DNA of 64,000 bases, taken from contig UYFQ01000006.1 of the NCBI GenBank assembly GCA_900617105.1, positions 372,001-436,000 on the forward strand, read 5' to 3'. Shown one piece after another: positions 30,661-41,782 of this stretch. Below the pieces are notes generated by a model, which did not search any database, was not told the origin of the DNA, and saw nothing but the letters and a program-made list of their open reading frames with translations. The stretch is from Hydrurus foetidus. Lineage: Eukaryota. The first letter of the stretch is position 1; each line of letters opens with the position of its first letter. Position numbers and translations under genes: made by a program.

Positions 30661-33600
30661 CTAGGCTCTTCGGTTACTCCGTGTGGCCAACTTTGTTGGG
30701 GCAGCCAAGCGACGTACTGGACTTCCACGGTGGTCTCCCAGTTGGAAGAACGACACCGATTGCTGCAGCTGCTCAGCCTGACCCGATAGTTCTTCGCTGG
30801 TAGCCGCTAACTCTTCCGAGGCCGATGCATTTTGCTGGGTGGCCTTGCTAAGTTGCCCCATGGCCCCACCAATCTGCACCACCGATTCACTTTGCTCGGC
30901 ACTGGCCGCAGCAATCTCTTGCACCAGTTCGGAAGTTTTCTGGATGCTGGGCACGATTTCGTTGAGCAGCTTGCCCGCACGCTCTGCCGTGGTGACACTG
31001 TTGCCTGCCAGCTCGCCAATTTCCTTGGCTGCTTCCTGGCTTCGCTCGGCGAGCTTGCGCACTTCTGCGGCCACCACCGCAAAGCCTTTGCCATGTTCAC
31101 CGGCCCGGGCCGCTTCAATGGCGGCATTGAGGGCCAGCAGGTTGGTCTGGTAGGCAATGTCGTCAACGATACCGATTTTGGCGGCAATCTGCTTCATGGC
31201 CGTCACGGTCTGGCTCACGGCTCCACCACCATCGGTGGCTTCTTTGCTGGCCTTGGTGGCCATGCCATCGGTGACCTTGGCGTTGTCGCTGTTTTGGCTG
31301 ATGCTGGCGGACATGACGTCAATGCTGGCGGTGGTTTCCTCTACGCTGGCAGCCTGCTCGCTGGCAGCCTGGCTCAGGGATTGGGCTGTGGCAGAGACTT
31401 GGTTGGCCGCACCGGTCAGGGCATCGGCAGCGGCGCGCACCTCGCTCATGACACGGGTCAGATTGTCGGCAGTGGCGTTGGCGCTGTCTTTGACTTTGCC
31501 AAACAGGCCGGCGTAGTCGCGTTCAATGCGTTTGGTGAGGTCGCCTTCGGCGAATGCGGCCAATACATCGGCCACATCCGAGAGGCCTTGCTCGCTGGTG
31601 TCGAGCAACCGATTCATGCCGGTGGCCAAGTTGGCAAAGAAGCCGGTCTTGCCTTGGGTGGCCAATCGTTTGGCAAAGTCACCTTGGCCTGCGGCTTGTA
31701 CGATTTCAGCCACTTCGTTTTCTACGCCTACCTCGGCGGTTCGGTCGGCCCACTCCACCACGGTGCCTACGCGCTCACCCTTGGCATCCACAATGGGGTT
31801 GGCGATCAGGCCAAAGTACAGGCTGCCCACCTGAATTTGGGTACGGTAGGTGGTTTTGAGCGAGGCCAGCATGCCACGCTGGTGGGCCGGGTTCTTGTGG
31901 AACACATCGATGAGTTCGCCTATCAGTTGACGGGCATTGAAGTTGGGCAGGCTCTTGCGCAGCTCACTCTCGTTGCGTTGCATCATCTCAGTCACCGTCT
32001 CGTTCATGTAGATGATGTGGTTGGTGGCATCAGCAATCATGACGTTGGTGGTGCATTTGTCCAGTGCGTTCTTGATGCGGGTGTTTTCTGCGGCCAAGGC
32101 GAGCTCGGCATTACTCGCGGCGATCTCAGCATTGCGCGCTGCTATCTCAGCGGTCTTGTCTGCCCACTCCACCACGGTACCGACCCGTTTGCCTTGTGCG
32201 TCAATGATGGGGTTGGCAATCAGGCCAAAGGCCAGACTTCCGACCTGAATCTGTGTCTTGTACGTTGATTTAAGTGCCGAGAGCATCCCGCGCTGGTGGG
32301 CGGGGTTTTTGTGGAAAACGTCGATATTCTCGCCAATCAGTTTTCTGGCGTTGAAGTTGGGCAGGCTTTTACGCAACTCGCTCTCGTTGCCTTGCATCAT
32401 GGCCGCCACCGTCTCGTTCATGTAGATGATGTGGTTGTTGGTGTCGGCAATCATGACGTTAGTGCTGCACTTGTCCAGCGCATTTTTGATGCGGGTGTTT
32501 TCTGCGGCAGCCGTGAGTTCAGCGTTGCGCGCTGCGATTTCTGCTGTTTTGTCCGCCCACTCCACAACAGTGCCGACACGCTTTCCGTCAGCGTCCACAA
32601 TGGGATTTGCAATCAGACCAAAGGCCAGGCTACCCACCTGAATCTGTGTTTTGTAGGAGGTCGTCAGTGCCGACAACATGCCACGCTGGTGCGCTGGGTT
32701 CTTGTGAAACACATCAATGTTTTCGCCAATCAATTTTCTGGCGTTGAAATTGGGCAGGCTTTTGCGCAACTCGCTCTCGTTGCCTTGCATCATGGCCGCC
32801 ACCGTCTCATTCATGTAGATGATATGGTTGCTGGCATCTGCAATCATGACATTGGTGCTGCACTTGTCCAGCGCATTTTTGATGCGTGTATTTTCGACGG
32901 CTATCTTTAGGATCGACTCGCGTGCGGTGACCTCTTGTTGCAGGCTGCTCGCAGCTGCATCGGCCGATTTCCGGAGATTTTTCATCATCACTTGCAAGGC
33001 GGTGAGCAGTTGCCCGGTTTCATCCTTCGTAGTGACACGAATCTCCTGATTCAGATCGCCGTTTGCGATAGCTTTTGCAATAGCCAGCGCCTGCTCGATT
33101 GGACGGGTAACTCTTCGGTTGACCCATACCGTGGCGACCGCCATACTGCCAAGTGCGAATCCGAAAATCAGCCATTGCATTAACATGCTATTGCGAAGGG
33201 TTGTTTTATACGTCTCTGCCGTGGTGTCTGCGAATGCAGCACTAGCTTTGACAGTGTCGTCTACCGCTGTGCGGTGGGCTAAATAAATGCCGTGTGCGGC
33301 CTGAACAGCCTTGCGAACACTCTCAGCATTGCCGGATGCGACCGCCTTCAGCGCGTCCCCAACCGAACCAATAAATTGGTTGGCCAAGCTGTGCTGAGCC
33401 CCTAGCAGCTTACTTTCCAGCCCATATGGTGGATTCTTTGTCCAATAGTCGACCCGCTCCTGGTACTCCTTTGCCAAGCGCTGCACTTCGCTGTTGGCTT
33501 TGTCTGCAGCAATACTGCCTTCTGCCGCCTGGGACAAGACCAGTCGCATTTCTATCAAATAAAGGGGTGGCGGCAAAATGTCTGCCGTAACATCTTTGGA

Positions 33601-33726
33601 GACAAAGATTTTTTCCGTTGCCTCGCCGGTAAGCCGCGCCGTCAAAAGCGATGTGCCCAAAATCAAAGCGGCCATTAAGATACCAATGGCGCTTAACGCA
33701 GCCAACACTCTACCGATAGATTTCAT
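30661..33726 (-). CDS. Methyl-accepting chemotaxis protein: TM-periplasmic-TM-HAMP, three Aer2-like PAS repeats, signalling domain
   Basis: [37 protein letters not shown]. Three copies of NVMIAD...[11 protein letters not shown]...VVEWAD. Confidence 0.93.
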   Translation of the reverse strand: MKSIGRVLAALSAIGILMAALILGTSLLTARLTGEATEKIFVSKDVTADILPPPLYLIEMRLVLSQAAEGSIAADKANSEVQRLAKEYQERVDYWTKNPPYGLESKLLGAQHSLANQFIGSVGDALKAVASGNAESVRKAVQAAHGIYLAHRTAVDDTVKASAAFADTTAETYKTTLRNSMLMQWLIFGFALGSMAVATVWVNRRVTRPIEQALAIAKAIANGDLNQEIRVTTKDETGQLLTALQVMMKNLRKSADAAASSLQQEVTARESILKIAVENTRIKNALDKCSTNVMIADASNHIIYMNETVAAMMQGNESELRKSLPNFNARKLIGENIDVFHKNPAHQRGMLSALTTSYKTQIQVGSLAFGLIANPIVDADGKRVGTVVEWADKTAEIAARNAELTAAAENTRIKNALDKCSTNVMIADTNNHIIYMNETVAAMMQGNESELRKSLPNFNARKLIGENIDVFHKNPAHQRGMLSALKSTYKTQIQVGSLAFGLIANPIIDAQGKRVGTVVEWADKTAEIAARNAEIAASNAELALAAENTRIKNALDKCTTNVMIADATNHIIYMNETVTEMMQRNESELRKSLPNFNARQLIGELIDVFHKNPAHQRGMLASLKTTYRTQIQVGSLYFGLIANPIVDAKGERVGTVVEWADRTAEVGVENEVAEIVQAAGQGDFAKRLATQGKTGFFANLATGMNRLLDTSEQGLSDVADVLAAFAEGDLTKRIERDYAGLFGKVKDSANATADNLTRVMSEVRAAADALTGAANQVSATAQSLSQAASEQAASVEETTASIDVMSASISQNSDNAKVTDGMATKASKEATDGGGAVSQTVTAMKQIAAKIGIVDDIAYQTNLLALNAAIEAARAGEHGKGFAVVAAEVRKLAERSQEAAKEIGELAGNSVTTAERAGKLLNEIVPSIQKTSELVQEIAAASAEQSESVVQIGGAMGQLSKATQQNASASEELAATSEELSGQAEQLQQSVSFFQLGDHRGSPVRRLAAPTKLATRSNRRA
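31730..32895 (-). repeat. Three intragenic tandem PAS-coding repeats
   Basis: [12 protein letters not shown] units begin at 32895, 32502 and 32088 (periods of 393 and 414 nt). Confidence 0.9.
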
Positions 33727-34126
33727 GGTTCATCCCTTTGTACGGATAGACTTTCCAACTACATCAAGCTCAGTATCGCCCGGAAGAGGGGGTGTTGAAC
33801 CACATATAGAACTCAGGATTTTGGCTACAGCGCGAGTCCTGGGCGAACCATCACCAAAATGCACCTGACGACGACAGGGTCATTTGCGGTGAACCAGACA
33901 GGCAGACCCCGCAGCGATTCAAGATCGCCGCTTTGCTCAGTCACCAATTGATATGCTGATCGACTTCAAAGTCGATTGCCCAGTCTGGCTCGATTTGCGC
34001 CCGTCACTCATTTGTATATCACCACGGTCAACCCAGCCGAGTCGGCCATTGGGAAAACAAGTAGCATGTAAACGCATCGGGCACAAATAACATAAGACCT
34101 GAGTGCCAACTTGCGTCCAAGGAAGG

Positions 34127-36604
34127 ATGAATATGTATTTGGTGGGTAGACGGTGCTTCGTTATCGGGCTACTCCTCTGCGGGTTGGCTCTGTGGTCACA
34201 GAGTGCGTCAGCGGCTGACCGGGTGTTCGAGGCGCGTCCCGATGCGGTGGGCTCGACCTCATTGACACCGTACTTCTCGGTTTTGGAGGACCCTACACTG
34301 AGCTTGACGTTGGCCGACGTTCAATCGCCGGACGTAGCAGCCCGCTTCAAGCCTGCCGCTGAAGTGAACGCAGACCTTAGTTTTGGCTATACGGGCTCCG
34401 CCTATTGGTTGCGGCTAACGCTGAACAATGCGAGCGATACGGCACTGGAAAACATGCTTGAAATTCGCTACTCGGGCCTGAGTAGCGTCCAATTTCACCA
34501 GCCCATGACCAAGGAGCAACCAAGCCCGGTGGTCACTGGCAGCATTCCCCCCTTTCAAAGCCGCGCCTACGCCAATCGGTTCTTTGTTTTTCCTATTCAG
34601 ACCTCGGCCCACGCCAGCCAGACCGTGTATTTGCGCGTTGAATCGTACGGGCCCATTGCGGTGCCGGCCTGGCTGTGGACGCCGACGGCCTTCCATGCGT
34701 ACGAGCGTCGCGACTACACGGCGCAGGCTTGGTACTTTGGCATCGCCACCGCCATGGTTCTGTTCAACCTGTTGTTGTTTCTGGCGATTGGGGATGTGGC
34801 ATACCTGTTGTACGTGGCCTTTGCCAGTTGCATCACGCTAACAATTGCTTCGCAAAACGGTTTGGGCAAAGAGTTCCTGTGGCCGGATGCTCCGCTGTGG
34901 TCGAACATCGCTACTAGCGTGGGCTATTGCTATTCGCTGATGACGATGCTGCTGTTCATGCGCCACATGCTGCAGACGCGTGTGGTGATCAAACACTCGG
35001 ACGGGTGGCTCATGCCCCTGGTTGGACTGTTTCTCCTATCCCCGGTTGGATTCGCGTTCGCTCTGCCAACATTGGTCAAACCAGCCGTTTTCATTTACGC
35101 GGGGACGGCCGCACTGGTGCTGACCATGGGGAGCTGGTGTGTTTACAAACGACAGCGCACTGCCTATTTCTTTTTGGCTGCGTTTTCCGTGCTGTGCGTA
35201 GCGGCGTTGGTGTCGGTCGCCCGAGCGCTAGGTTGGTTGCCTACCAATCTGATGACGGTCAATGCACTGCAATTTGGCTCTGGCCTGGAGATGATGCTGC
35301 TGGCTTTTGCGCTGGCCGATCGCATCAATCAAGTCCGCAAGGAAAAGGAGTTGGCACAAAAGGCGGTTGTCGTCGCGCAGCAGCGTGTGGTGGAAACCTT
35401 GCAGGCTTCCGAACGGGTGCTGGAAGAGCGCGTGCAACTGCGGACATCCGAGCTCAATGCTAAAAATGCCGAATTGACGCAGGCCATGTCTTTGTTGACG
35501 ACTGTGGAGCGGATTGCCCGGCACGACCTCAAAACACCGCTGGGCAGCCTGGTTGCCGCGCCTGACCTGCTGCGAGCGGGGCGCACCATGGACGCGCAAG
35601 AAGAACAAGTCCTGTGCCTGATGGAGCAGGCTGCCAAACATGCACTGAACATGGTCAATCTCTCGTTGGACTTGTACCGGATGGAGAGCGGTAGCTACAT
35701 TCCCGAATTCGCGTGTATCGACCTGAGTGCGGTGGTTCGGTCTGTGGTTCAAGATCTTGTCAAGCAAGCCCGCTCAAAGGGGGTTGCGGTGCATATCGCC
35801 GATGAGCCAACACCTGTCTTTGCGCGTGCTGAAGAGCCAATTTGTTATTCCATCATCGCCAATTTGACAAAAAATGCGGTTGAGGCCGCGCCGCCCCAAT
35901 CGGTCGTTCGCTTGACCCTGACAGACGGACCTGTGGTGCACCTGTGCATCCACAACCAGGGGTCGGTACCGGCCGCGCTGCGTGATACATTTTTTGATAA
36001 GTATGCGTCTGCTGGCAAAGTCGGTGGCACAGGGCTCGGCACCTATTCTGCAGCCATGCTGACCAAGGCGCAGCAGGGCAGCCTGACCATGGAGACCTCG
36101 GACGCCACGGGTACCAGCCTGAATCTTCGGTTGCGCGGTTGGGATGGACCTGCCCCGACGCCAGGCGTCGCGTCTGCCAGTATGGCGCGCACCTCCAAAC
36201 CTATGGATCGCGTCAGCCAACGTGTACTGGTTGTAGATAACGACAAGTTTAACCAGATGATCGTGCTGAATCAGTTGTCGCAAACCCACGCAGAGTACCG
36301 TTCCGCTATCAACGGACGTGAGGCACTGGAAACGGTCCGGAGTTGGCGCCCTGACCTGATCCTCATGGACATTGAGATGCCGATCATGGGTGGCTTGGCA
36401 TCCCTTGTGGAAATCCGGGCCTTTCAAGTAAAGGCCGGGCAAGCACCCAGCCTGATCGTGGCCTACTCAGGGAATGACGACCCCCAAAGCCGTGGCACTT
36501 ATCTGGCACACGGCTTTGACGAATGCCTGGGCAAACCAGGATCGCTGGACGCCGTGTCGGCACTCCTGCGCAAATCGGCTGCCCGGATGAGCACGTTGCC
36601 ATAG
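34127..36604 (+). CDS. Hybrid sensor histidine kinase (7TMR-DISM extracellular + 7TM, HisKA, HATPase, receiver)
   Basis: SFGYTGSAYWLR, seven TM segments, RHDLKTPL, NLTKNAVEA, GGTGLG, LILMDIEMP. Confidence 0.88.
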   Translation: MNMYLVGRRCFVIGLLLCGLALWSQSASAADRVFEARPDAVGSTSLTPYFSVLEDPTLSLTLADVQSPDVAARFKPAAEVNADLSFGYTGSAYWLRLTLNNASDTALENMLEIRYSGLSSVQFHQPMTKEQPSPVVTGSIPPFQSRAYANRFFVFPIQTSAHASQTVYLRVESYGPIAVPAWLWTPTAFHAYERRDYTAQAWYFGIATAMVLFNLLLFLAIGDVAYLLYVAFASCITLTIASQNGLGKEFLWPDAPLWSNIATSVGYCYSLMTMLLFMRHMLQTRVVIKHSDGWLMPLVGLFLLSPVGFAFALPTLVKPAVFIYAGTAALVLTMGSWCVYKRQRTAYFFLAAFSVLCVAALVSVARALGWLPTNLMTVNALQFGSGLEMMLLAFALADRINQVRKEKELAQKAVVVAQQRVVETLQASERVLEERVQLRTSELNAKNAELTQAMSLLTTVERIARHDLKTPLGSLVAAPDLLRAGRTMDAQEEQVLCLMEQAAKHALNMVNLSLDLYRMESGSYIPEFACIDLSAVVRSVVQDLVKQARSKGVAVHIADEPTPVFARAEEPICYSIIANLTKNAVEAAPPQSVVRLTLTDGPVVHLCIHNQGSVPAALRDTFFDKYASAGKVGGTGLGTYSAAMLTKAQQGSLTMETSDATGTSLNLRLRGWDGPAPTPGVASASMARTSKPMDRVSQRVLVVDNDKFNQMIVLNQLSQTHAEYRSAINGREALETVRSWRPDLILMDIEMPIMGGLASLVEIRAFQVKAGQAPSLIVAYSGNDDPQSRGTYLAHGFDECLGKPGSLDAVSALLRKSAARMSTLP

Positions 36605-36642
36605 GTTGACCGCCCGCCACTTGTGGCTTGAAACCACCCGCT

Positions 36643-37008
36643 ATGAAAAGCGCATCGATCGACTTTTGCCGGCAAATCAGTGCGGACCACGCGCGAATCA
36701 ACCTTGCACTCAATGAGGAATTGGGATGGGCGCATGGACTGAGCTACCAAGACTTCATTATCCTTACCCGACTGGCGCAAGCGCCACAAAAGAAACTCCC
36801 CGCATCTGCGCTCATGGTTCCGTTGGGGCTGCCGCTGTCCGGTGTCATGCGCTTGCTTTTACCACTGGAAAAAACAGGCCTGCTACAGCGTCAGGACGCG
36901 CACAACACCGATGGACAACGGGTTTTCAAGCTATAGCCGGCAGGCAAAGTCCACTGGCACAACGCAACGATCACGGCTGAAAGTACTTGTGCGGCGCTGG
37001 ATTTTTGA
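36643..37008 (+). pseudogene. MarR-like regulator with in-frame TAG
   Basis: HGLSYQDFIIL...SGVMRLLLPLEKTGLL winged HTH. TAG at 36934-36936 is followed in frame by PAGKVHWHNATITAESTCAALDF-stop. Confidence 0.6.
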
Positions 37009-37067
37009 ACTTGGTTACAGGCTGCCATTCAAAGTGGCTTAGTGCTCTACATTACGCAACTACCACC

Positions 37068-37268
37068 ATGACGCAATCTACCCTCCTCCCCGTGTATCAC
37101 CTCAAACCGACGCGCACCTTGGTGGCCCGCGTATTGGTGGGGCGGATGGCGATGGCCACGTCGTTAAACGCGATGCAAGCCCTGGCCAGGCTGTATGTGG
37201 CGGCGGTGTTTGGTGGTGGGCGCTGGGCGCTGGGCACGCCTTTGCAGTCCTGGATGGCGCAGGGATGA
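37068..37268 (+). pseudogene. Possible internally deleted DoxX-like remnant
   Basis: LARLYVAAVF is joined directly to GGGRWAL, resembling the first and last motifs of DoxX proteins. Confidence 0.35.
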
Positions 37269-39367
37269 TGAAATTTTGGCACCCCCGGCGTATCGGATGG
37301 CGTTTGGCCTCGGGGTTTGGGTTGCTGGTGGTCATCATGCTTGTGGCGCTCACCAAGGCCAACTTGCAGATCAGCCACATCACCGGGGTGACGCAGCAAT
37401 TTGCCACTGGCGACATGCAGCGCCTGCTGCGCGTGCAAGCCCTTTCCTTGCAAACAGAGGGTGTGGGCGGTGGCATGGTGCGCCTGATGAACGCCCCGCG
37501 CGAGAACCGCGTGGCTGAATACACCGACGTAGATGAACGCAACCGCCGCATCGACGGCATCATCGAATCGCTGGGCAAAGACCAGCTGGACGACACCCAG
37601 CGCGAAACCCTCAAGCGCCTGGTGGCCTGCCGCGCCATTTATGCCGATGCTTTTTTGGCCACGGTGGATGAAATTGAGGCCAACGACCTGAAGGCTGCCA
37701 CCCGCGCGCTGAATGAGCAGGTCAACCCCGCCCTCAAAGCCATGCTGCTGGAGTCCAACGCCTTGCTGCAGCATGAGCGCGAAAGCATTGAAGAGGGCTT
37801 GGCCCAGGCGCAATCCTCGTTTGAGCGCGTGGCCATGTGGATCAGCGCCTTGTCCGTCTGCGCCGTGGTGCTGGCCGTGTGGCTGGGCGTGCGCACCACT
37901 CAAAGCGTGGTCGTGCCGCTGGCCCAGCTAGAGTCCGCCGCCCGGCGCATTGCCAAGGGCGACTACACCAGCCGTGTGCCCACCACCAGCGCCGAAGAGG
38001 TGGACCGCGTGGGCCAGGCACTGAACACCATGACCGATGCCGTCGCCCAGCGCGAGACGCAAATCGTCCGCCTGGCCTACCACGACCCGCTCACCGGCCT
38101 GCCCAACCGCACCTCCCTGCTCAACCCGTCTGGCTCGCCACCCGGTGTACTGGTGTTGATGGACCTGGCCCGCTTGAAAGTCATCAACGAAACGCTGGGC
38201 TACACCACAGGCGACACCTTGATCCAAGTGATGGCCCGCCGCACAAACACCGTACTCCAGGCCGCAGCGGCGCAGGGATTGGTCGGGCCACACCCCGTGG
38301 TGGCGCGCCTGTCAGGAGGCACGTTTGCTGCCAGTTTTTCAGCGCAAAACCGTGAAGCGGTGTTGGCGCTACATGTGCTGCTGGAGCAAGCTATGGAAGG
38401 CTCCGTGGCGTGCAGCGGGCACAGCGTGGACATCAACGTGACCTATGGCTTTGCGGACTCAGGCTCTCAGGGCTCCACCGTGGCAGTGAACACGCTGATG
38501 CGCAATGCTGAAGTCGCCCTGAACACCGCCAAGCGCACCGCCCAGGGCTTTGCCTGGTACAGCGAGGCCCAAGAAGCCGCCCGCCTGGGCCACTTGAGCC
38601 TGGTGTCCGACCTGCGCGTGGCCGTGGCCACCTCGCAATTGCAAATGTGGCTGCAGCCCAAGTTTTCACTTAAAACCGGGCTGGCCGTGGGCGCAGAGGC
38701 GCTGGTACGCTGGCAGCACCCCACACGCGGCTTTGTGTCGCCGGCTGAATTTGTTCCCTTTGCTGAGCAAACCGGCTACATCAGCATGGTCACCACCTGG
38801 ATGCTGGAGCAGGCCCTGCGCACCCTGGCCGTGTGGGCGCCCACGCACCCCGAGCTCACCATCGCCGTCAATATGAGCACCCGCGACCTGCTGGACCCCA
38901 CCTTTTGCCAGCGCGTCAAAACCCTGATCGAAACACACGGCGTGCAGCCCGACCAGCTGCGCCTGGAGATTGTGGAAAGCGGCCTGATGGACGACCCGCA
39001 AACCAGCATCGCCGTGCTACATGCCCTGCGCGACATGGGCATCAAGCTGTCGATTGACGACTTTGGCACCGGCTATTCCTCCCTGGCCTACCTGCAAAAG
39101 TTGCCCGTGAGCGAGCTCAAGATCGACCGCAGCTTTGTGGACGGCGTGGATGGGCTGCCCGGTACCCAGCGCTTGGTCAAAACCATGATCGAGATGGGCC
39201 ACGGCATGGGCTTGATGGTGACCGCGGAGGGCGTAGAAACCGAGGCGGAGAAGGCCATCATCACCCAACTGGGCTGCGACGTCATGCAAGGCTACCTGGG
39301 CAGTCGCCCCTTGCATGGTGCGGCCCTGCAAGCCTGGTTTGACCATCTGGAACCGGCTACTTTATAA
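37265..39367 (+). CDS. c-di-GMP phosphodiesterase (periplasmic sensor, HAMP, degenerate GGDEF, EAL)
   Basis: HDPLTGLPNR, degenerate SGGTF, AEALVRW, DDFGTGYSSL, AEGVE, QGY. Confidence 0.9.
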   Translation: MMKFWHPRRIGWRLASGFGLLVVIMLVALTKANLQISHITGVTQQFATGDMQRLLRVQALSLQTEGVGGGMVRLMNAPRENRVAEYTDVDERNRRIDGIIESLGKDQLDDTQRETLKRLVACRAIYADAFLATVDEIEANDLKAATRALNEQVNPALKAMLLESNALLQHERESIEEGLAQAQSSFERVAMWISALSVCAVVLAVWLGVRTTQSVVVPLAQLESAARRIAKGDYTSRVPTTSAEEVDRVGQALNTMTDAVAQRETQIVRLAYHDPLTGLPNRTSLLNPSGSPPGVLVLMDLARLKVINETLGYTTGDTLIQVMARRTNTVLQAAAAQGLVGPHPVVARLSGGTFAASFSAQNREAVLALHVLLEQAMEGSVACSGHSVDINVTYGFADSGSQGSTVAVNTLMRNAEVALNTAKRTAQGFAWYSEAQEAARLGHLSLVSDLRVAVATSQLQMWLQPKFSLKTGLAVGAEALVRWQHPTRGFVSPAEFVPFAEQTGYISMVTTWMLEQALRTLAVWAPTHPELTIAVNMSTRDLLDPTFCQRVKTLIETHGVQPDQLRLEIVESGLMDDPQTSIAVLHALRDMGIKLSIDDFGTGYSSLAYLQKLPVSELKIDRSFVDGVDGLPGTQRLVKTMIEMGHGMGLMVTAEGVETEAEKAIITQLGCDVMQGYLGSRPLHGAALQAWFDHLEPATL

Positions 39368-39370
39368 ATA

Positions 39371-39424
39371 AAAAGTGCCTGAAATGCCTGTGGAATCTAC
39401 GCAACAAGCTATCAAATTAGCAGC
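39371..39424 (+). repeat. 54-bp bipartite motif, intergenic copy
   Basis: AAAAGTGCCTGAAAT GC CTGTGGAATCT AC GCAACAA GCTAT CAAATTA GCAGC. Confidence 0.75.
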
Positions 39425-39570
39425 AAAAGTTAAGTCATAAGCCGCTCTCAGGAAGTATTTGCGTCCAGAATATCCCGCAGGTTTTTCGGTTTGCAATACC
39501 GTAAGCTGCCTATTCACGCCCAGTTACCCGCCTCCCTATGAAGACGGGGCGGTAAGGCCACTGGCATGGC

Positions 39571-40236
39571 TCATACCCATGGTGCAACCAAGCCCTCGTT
39601 CGCCACCACCCTTTGCACCGCTGGTCTGGCCAACACACGTTGCAAATACGGCCCCAAGTGCGCACGGGTACGCGCTGGAGAGGACTCAAAATGGCGCGTC
39701 CAGCGGCACAGGGTGAACACATAGGCATCCAAAGCGCTGTAGCCGTAGCGGCCAAACCAAGGGGTGGCATCAACATCGTCGCGGTGCCGGGCCAGCTCAG
39801 CGTCCAACTGGTCAAGCAGCACACCCACTTTGATTTCGGCATGGGCTTTGATGACCGCAGCACCGGTGACATCACCGGCATCCACCCAGCGCTCAGGGTA
39901 AAAATAAACGATGAGCGTGGCTTGCAGCGTGTTGGTCAACCACATCAACCACTGGTAAAAATGTGCCCGCTGCGGCGACCCCACGGGTGGCGCAAGGCCA
40001 GACTGGGGATGGGTATCGCACAGGTGCAGGACAATGGCAGCGGTTTCGTAAACCACCAGATCGCCATCGGTGAGCACCGGCATCAACCCATTCGGGTTGA
40101 GCCGCAGGTAATCCGCACTTTTATGCGCATTGACAGTTCGGTCAACCAGTACACGCTGGTAGGGCACAGCCAACTCTTCGAGCAGGATGTGCGGCACCAT
40201 GCTGGCATTGCTGGGGTAGTAGTGGAGGGTAAGCAT
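39571..40236 (-). CDS. Glutathione S-transferase family
   Basis: LNPNGLMPVL...ETAAIVLHL. Confidence 0.9.
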   Translation of the reverse strand: MLTLHYYPSNASMVPHILLEELAVPYQRVLVDRTVNAHKSADYLRLNPNGLMPVLTDGDLVVYETAAIVLHLCDTHPQSGLAPPVGSPQRAHFYQWLMWLTNTLQATLIVYFYPERWVDAGDVTGAAVIKAHAEIKVGVLLDQLDAELARHRDDVDATPWFGRYGYSALDAYVFTLCRWTRHFESSPARTRAHLGPYLQRVLARPAVQRVVANEGLVAPWV

Positions 40237-40267
40237 AAAAACAACCTGGAATAAACAGCTCTGTTGT

Positions 40268-40969
40268 TTAAAGATACTTTTTCAAAAACGCTAGCGTACT
40301 GTCCAATGCCTGCAAGCTGGAAGCTGCATCAAACGACCCACGTTGATCACAATTAAACCCATGATTAGCGGCGTAAGTGGCAACCTGCACCGGTGCCCCG
40401 GCTGCGCTTTGTGCTTGCATGAACGCCTCTACCGTGTCCATCGGGATGCCCTGGTCTTGCGTGCCAAAGTGGCACAGCACTGGGCATTGCGGCTGGCGAT
40501 GCAGCTCGTCGCCGACCGTCATGCCACCACCGTAATAGGGCACGGCAGCGGCGAGGCCGGTACACAGTGCGGCGGCGCGCCACGTCAACAACCCGCCCCA
40601 GCAGTAGCCCAGCACCGCAACTTTGCCACCGCACAGCGCCGCAGCATGGTTGATGGTGGCCTGGATGTCTTGCAGCACGCCGGGTGTGGACAGGACTTCT
40701 GCTGCGGTTTTGAACTCACGGCCCGTAGCGATGTCGGCAGGCGTGTAGCCCAAATCTACCCCAGGCATGACGCGGTGAAACATATCGGGTGCCAAGGCCA
40801 AATAGCCCTGTGCGGTATAGCTGTCGGCCACAGCACGAATGTGGCTGTTCACACCAAAAATCTCTTGCAGCACGATCACGGCGGCGATGGGAATCCCCTC
40901 TAGGGGCTGGCCTACGTAGACGGGGAAACAGGTGCCGTCAGCGGCGGTGAGTTCAATGGTTTGGGACAT
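40268..40969 (-). CDS. Dienelactone hydrolase family
   Basis: QEIFGVN, GYCWGG, HGFNCD. Confidence 0.92.
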   Translation of the reverse strand: MSQTIELTAADGTCFPVYVGQPLEGIPIAAVIVLQEIFGVNSHIRAVADSYTAQGYLALAPDMFHRVMPGVDLGYTPADIATGREFKTAAEVLSTPGVLQDIQATINHAAALCGGKVAVLGYCWGGLLTWRAAALCTGLAAAVPYYGGGMTVGDELHRQPQCPVLCHFGTQDQGIPMDTVEAFMQAQSAAGAPVQVATYAANHGFNCDQRGSFDAASSLQALDSTLAFLKKYL

Positions 40970-41047
40970 GGTGAGAATCTCTTGAGGAATAGGCAGCGTT
41001 GAATGAAACAGATGTGGAAAGGGAATGAATCAAATGAGGTGACAGGT

Positions 41048-41668
41048 TCACCCCTGCAAGCGGCACTCAGCGTGCAAGAGCTTGCGTTGCACGAACTCAA
41101 GCCGGTCTTGGCCCCAAAAAATCTCACCGTCAATCACATAACTGGGCGAGCCGAATACGCCGGCTTCGATCGCAGCTTGGGTACAGGCTTCGTAGCGATC
41201 TTGTACAGCTTGGCTGTGCGCGTTGTCCAGCAAATCAGCGGCCAACCCGCATTCCTGCAACAGCTGTACCAGCACGGCTTCGTCGGCAATGTTGCGCTCT
41301 TGGGCCCAGACAGCAGCCAGCACCGCTCCTGCGAGCTTCATGGCGGGCACACTGCCGCAATGGGTATCGGTGGCGATGATCAAGCGCGAGGCGGCATCAC
41401 CTGAAACAGGAAAATGCAAAGGATGCAGATTCAAAGGCAATTGCAGGTAATCGCTGTAGCGCTGCAATTCCACCAGCCGGTAGGCTTGACGCTGAGGCGC
41501 GCGCTTGCCCAGCGGCAAACCGCCAGAGACAGGAAAGACCCGGCCAAGGTCAACCGGCCACAAGCGCACAGTGGCGTTCGCCTGTTGGGCCATCGCTGCA
41601 AAGGACGCGTGACCCAGGTAAGTCCAGGGACTTTGCGGGGCAAAATAGTAATCAACGGTCAAAGTCAT
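41048..41668 (-). CDS. 2-hydroxychromene-2-carboxylate isomerase / DsbA-like (GST kappa)
   Basis: DYYFAPQSPWTYLG, GVFGSPSY, FWGQDRL. Confidence 0.88.
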   Translation of the reverse strand: MTLTVDYYFAPQSPWTYLGHASFAAMAQQANATVRLWPVDLGRVFPVSGGLPLGKRAPQRQAYRLVELQRYSDYLQLPLNLHPLHFPVSGDAASRLIIATDTHCGSVPAMKLAGAVLAAVWAQERNIADEAVLVQLLQECGLAADLLDNAHSQAVQDRYEACTQAAIEAGVFGSPSYVIDGEIFWGQDRLEFVQRKLLHAECRLQG

Positions 41669-41782
41669 GCGCGTATCCTCTCGGGACAAAAGGGGGAAAT
41701 TCAGCGACCATTCTTACCCAGGCAGCAAACTCTTGCTGGCGACATGCCCAGAATTCACAGAACTTCATTTGGAGTAACCTTT

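Noticed and set aside
33841..33910. c-di-GMP-I riboswitch suggested by GGGCGAACCA
   Set aside because: The GNRA-capped stem and downstream GACGCAAA core are not present.
36934..36936. Pyrrolysine or programmed read-through at the MarR TAG
   Set aside because: No supporting machinery or signal seen; a nonsense mutation is simpler.
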